From Neovahlkampfia damariscottae (taxonomy: Eukaryota), in assembly GCA_016618085.1 (NCBI GenBank), contig JABLTG010000194.1, positions 1-33,855 on the forward strand: a DNA stretch of 33,855 nucleotides, written 5' to 3'. A program made the translations under genes and the position numbers. Position 1 is the stretch's first letter. Each line of letters opens with the position of its first letter. Below the pieces are notes generated by a model. The model was not told where the DNA came from and did not search any database. It was given only the letters and a program-made list of their open reading frames with translations. Positions 29,507-33,855 of this stretch are shown here, piece by piece.

Positions 29507-31123
29507 TTAATATTCGGAACAGTAATAGTACAGATAATCTTCTCTTTCATGTTCTCTTGGAAACATATAATTTTCAATGAGTTGTTTCTTTAGTTGATTT
29601 TTCATTTTAGAAGATATTGACTTTCTTGGTTCTTGAAATAAAGACCATTCATAAAGTTCTTTTTGATCAAGAAATTTCATCTTTGAAAAAGTTTGAAGGA
29701 TATTTCGAATTCGTTCATCTTTGGAAATATTAGATAAATTAGACAATACTTGATTGAAATCCAAACCGTTTCGAATGCATTGTTGTATAAAATTCAATTT
29801 TTGAATGAATATTGAGGATTCTATTCCAATTGAAAGATGAATTACAATGATCTGAGGCATCAAAGAAAAATTTGATGGATTGATACATCAAACACCTGAA
29901 TGGAGTGAATATTTCTTTTTTTCTTACATATAAGGTATTGCAACTTCTTTATTCAAATTCTGTAGCGAATTTAATTTATGATAGTTTTGTCCAGAAGACA
30001 AAAAGAGAGAAATATTTTTTTTAATGTCTTGAAGATTTGTTGATAAAAGTGTAGTTGTTTGATTTAGTCTAATAATTGAAGATGAATTTAAGCCTGAAAT
30101 TATTGCAAACAATGCATCGTAATTTGACATTTGAAAAAGTATGTTTGCAATTTTCAAAAATTTCTCGTAAATTTGAACTCGTTTTCTATCCAATAGTTAA
30201 ATATATATCTATTTTTACTCTGGTGTTTCTTGGAATAATATAAATTCTGTTGTCATGGCTGTAAGACAATCAAAGAAGTTTCGTTCATTTTTGATGCTTT
30301 CAAACTGTTTCCACTGTTTTACTTTGCACAAAGTGAAATAATCTATTCTTAAAAAATATTCTTCAGATAATAAAGAAATTTCTTTTGCAATTAAAATATC
30401 ATCAAGTTGAAGAAAATCATTCAAAAAGCAGCCATTAAAATTATCAAATTGTATAATTTGTTTTGTTGATATTTTTGAAGAAGAAATCGTTTTTTTAATT
30501 TCTTGTATGACTACTTTCAATTGTTTATCTTGATTTTTTTCTGAAAATTTGTTCAAAAGCTCTGAGCAATTCTCATTCCAATCTGTTGGAAAATAATTTG
30601 TCAACCAACTTTGTAAGTGTAAAATTAGTTTATTTTCGATTAATTTGTAGTTTTTTGTTTCTTTTGGAATTTTTAAAATGTCTAAAAATTTTTTTAAAAA
30701 ATTTTCTGAGTCTGTGAAAATTTGATAAATTCTAAAAATAATGTTTTCATCCTCTTCATCATGTATTAATTTATAGAATGTCATATTTAATGGAGTACTA
30801 TGATTGATGTCGTTCCAATAATCCAGTTGAGTTTGGTTCTTCATTTTCCTATTTTTCTTCACCAATGAAATGAGTTTAGTATTCCTGAAGGCAATTTAAC
30901 AAGAGTCAAACTATTTCTGAGTATTTTTGATGATGATTGTGCTGCAGAACTGGTAGCTTTCTCGAATGTTTTTTAGACTAAATTTTAACCTAAAGCAGTT
31001 TTGGAACGCTGATTGGAAACACAATTGCCAGATTGAGCTTAATTTATTTTTTAGAGAGGGATTTTTCTCTGAGATAAATTCAAAATAAATCCAACTTTCT
31101 TGAACAATACACATTTCACCCAT
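29507..31123 (-). CDS. RasGEF (CDC25-type) domain protein, multi-exon
   Basis: LQSWL.NYF.TDW (REM-like); IAKEISL; RVQIYEKFLKIA..L..M.NYDALFAIISGLNSSSIIRL.QT; IPY. Confidence 0.85.
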
Positions 31124-31161
31124 TGGACAAGCTCATCCAATCATTTTTGTTTTTGATCAAC

Positions 31162-33855
31162 ATGACACAACTATTGATTCTTGTTGTCTCATTTCTTTTT
31201 ATTCTCACAAACTCAAGCAGAATCTATGGATCTGGATACAATCAGGTAAAAAAGAAAAAAAAGAAAAACTAAATCTCTCCAAGAACTCTAGAATAACTGG
31301 AAATGGCGATTGTAAAATAAAACTTCCACTAAATTCACAGATCGTTATGAATTCTTTCATGAAAAGTCAAACTTTGATTTTCAGAAAGTTTCTCAATTGA
31401 CAGCATCCAAGTACCACTTGATGGTGTTAAAAAATGACGGAGATGTTTTTGGTTATGGACAAGGCATTGTAATATTTTTATGAATTAATGTGATAGTACT
31501 ACCAATTTGGTGATGGTTCAACTGAATTTAAATCTGATTTGACCAAACTACCTGCTTTTCCAAAAAACATCTCACAACTTTCAACTTCATATTATGTGAC
31601 GTTTGTGGTAACTGAACAAGGTGATTTATATGGTTGTGGTTATGATTCTGTGAGATTCTTTTTTTTTAAATTTGTTTTTAGGATGGTCAATTTGGTATTG
31701 GAACTTCAGGATATCAGAGAACACTGGTGAAGTTAAAATCTAATGTAACAAAGGTATCACAGTATTTATATCATAAAGTTATTTTGACTCACGACGGAGA
31801 AGTTTACTCTGCTGGTGATAATTCAGTAAATTTTTTAAACTCACATTTTTGTTAGTACGGACAAATTGGAGATGGAACAATCACCAGAAGATACACAGAC
31901 ACCAAGTATCAAATTAACCAAACAGTAATAGATATTGCTGTCGGAGAACGATTTACCATGGTTTTAACCACATTTGGAACAATCTACGGATCTGGGAGAA
32001 ATTTGGTAAAAAAAGTTATTGTAACATTTTTGAAAGTATTACTCACTTGGTATAAATGATTTAGGCAATTTCTTGATCCCTGTTTTGAATCCTGGTATTA
32101 AAAATGTGACATCAATATATGCAAGTTATTTTTCAGCTATGGCAATTGCCAATGAAACACTTTACAGTTGGGGTTATGGATCTGTATTCATTATTATCAT
32201 TAATCTTTTGATAGAGAGGTGAACTAGGAAATGGGGAGTTTGTCAGCCGAACAGAAACTCCACAAAAAGTTTTGATTGACAAAAGAATCAAACAAATTTA
32301 TCTTTCGTTTTCCAATGGTTATGTAATATCTGAAGACAATGAACTTTTTGGGTGGGGTTATAATTCTTATAGAAAAATTTATCCAGGTTCTTCATCACAT
32401 CAAGCAACACCTGTAAAAATATCAGAAAATGTCACTGCTGTCGTTTCTGGAGATAATTGGAACATATTCATAAAAAATGAGACAGCTTATGCTTCTGGAA
32501 ATAATCAACAGCATCAATTACCAATAGATCCAGTACATATTTATACCACACCAATAGCTGGCAGAAATTTTACTTTGGTTGCAGGGGTGTCATACACTTT
32601 AGTTCTTGAGGAGTTTGGGGATGTTTATGGATATGGTTCGAATTCGGTAATTTTTTTTATCCATCTAACGTTCAGTACGGAATTTTGAACCTTCCAAGTG
32701 GCGCGAACAGATATTATTACTCAAAAACATTGTACAAGAATATCACTCAATTAGGTGCAGGATATCGTAACACATTAGCACTGAATACTGATGGTGAACT
32801 CTTGTGTGTTGGTTACAATTACGTAAACTACTTTTTATTTAAATTTTTTACAGTATGGTCAATGTGCCACAGGATCATATGAACCTGTCTTTTCACCACA
32901 AATAGTGATGTATAATGTCACCAAGATTTTCAAAGGCTATCACTCAAGTTTTGTTGTGAGAAATAATAGTTTGTATGCTTTTGGTTATAACATTGTTCGT
33001 TTTCTTTTTTTAAACTCTTTTAGTATGGAAATTTGGGAGTTGGTAACACATTGAACTCCTATGTGGCAAGAAAAATGTTATTTGACAACATAACACTTCT
33101 TCAGGATATTTCATCAACGCATTATTACCACACATTAGTATTGATAAATGGATCTGTTTTTTCTTGTGGTCGTGGATCAGTAAATTAAATTTAAATCTTA
33201 AATTTTCTAGTATGGTGCTTTAGGTTTAGGTGATTACACAACAAGATCAATTCCAACTTATATCCCTACTCTCAAAGAAATTTCACAAATATCCACAGGA
33301 TACTATCATTCTATGTTTTTAGATACCAATGGAGTTGTCTATGGATGTGGTAGCAACAGTTATCGTCAAATTTCCTCAATATATCGTGGGAATGAACGTT
33401 TGCCGATAGTAGTCTCCAAAAATGCTATAAAAGTTACAGCAATTAGATTTTCTTCATCAATTTTGTATCCAAAAGGACAAATATACTCGTAAGATTTTTC
33501 ACCATTCATCGATTTTAGTTTTGGCTACAATACTGTAAGTTGTACAAATGAGTTTGACTTTTTTTCAGGACTTGCAGTTGGGATTCGGAAATTTAAATAC
33601 TCAGTACACTCCAGGAAGGACATATCCTTTTTACAGATACGACAACATTTTTAGCGGTTATGAAGTCAATTTTTGGTCTGGATGTCCAAATGGATTTTAT
33701 GGTGATTATTGTGAAAATAACTATTTACTGGATTTATTTAATCAACTTTGTATTGATTGTGTTCCAAATAAATCAGAATGGATTCAATGTTTCAATTCAA
33801 CAAATTGTTATTGCAATCCTCAAACAATATTATTCAATTTTGATCATAATATTCA
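31162..33855 (+). CDS. Secreted/surface RCC1 (BLIP-II-like) repeat protein with Cys-rich EGF-like region; runs off the right edge
   Basis: Signal peptide MTQLLILVVSFLFILTNS; repeated (V/L)Y.xG.N.YGQ.G.G blades across at least 13 short introns; CPNGFYGDYCE near the end. Confidence 0.88.

Noticed and set aside
16460..33855. Fragmented host ORFs as pseudogenes or an alternative genetic code
   Set aside because: Where I traced them, breaks coincide with short GT-AG introns and splicing restores conserved proteins under the standard code.

Overview
AT-rich eukaryotic (protist) genomic DNA in two parts. (1) ~1-12,101: the right-hand portion of an intron-less endogenous virophage. It carries the C-terminal part of a Polinton/mavirus-type retroviral (rve) integrase that runs off the left edge, and a complete Sputnik-like morphogenesis module (581-aa major capsid protein, penton, cysteine maturation protease, packaging ATPase). 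It also has a frameshifted fibre-like gene, a GIY-YIG/Zn-finger nuclease, a second predicted (permuted papain-like) cysteine hydrolase and several ORFans. It ends in ~560 bp of non-coding DNA closing with a Polinton-like ...CTACTACT terminus. A 15-bp palindrome AAAATCT-N-AGATTTT occurs five times in it, three of them inside the protease gene, and TATAA precedes nearly every viral ATG. (2) ~12,102-33,855: compact host DNA with very short (about 28-40 nt) GT-AG introns and CCAAT boxes. It starts with a 5S rRNA gene only ~190 bp from the predicted viral end, followed by a membrane protein, WIP/verprolin-like, RPS23, RhoGEF, NDUFB4-like, THOC2, CEPT/EPT, RRP15, GRASP, Rab5, TPR/F-box, MED18-like, RasGEF and a secreted RCC1-repeat protein. 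No DNA polymerase or primase-helicase and no left terminus are visible, so completeness, TIRs and target-site duplication cannot be confirmed here. All family assignments come from motif recognition by eye, not database searches.
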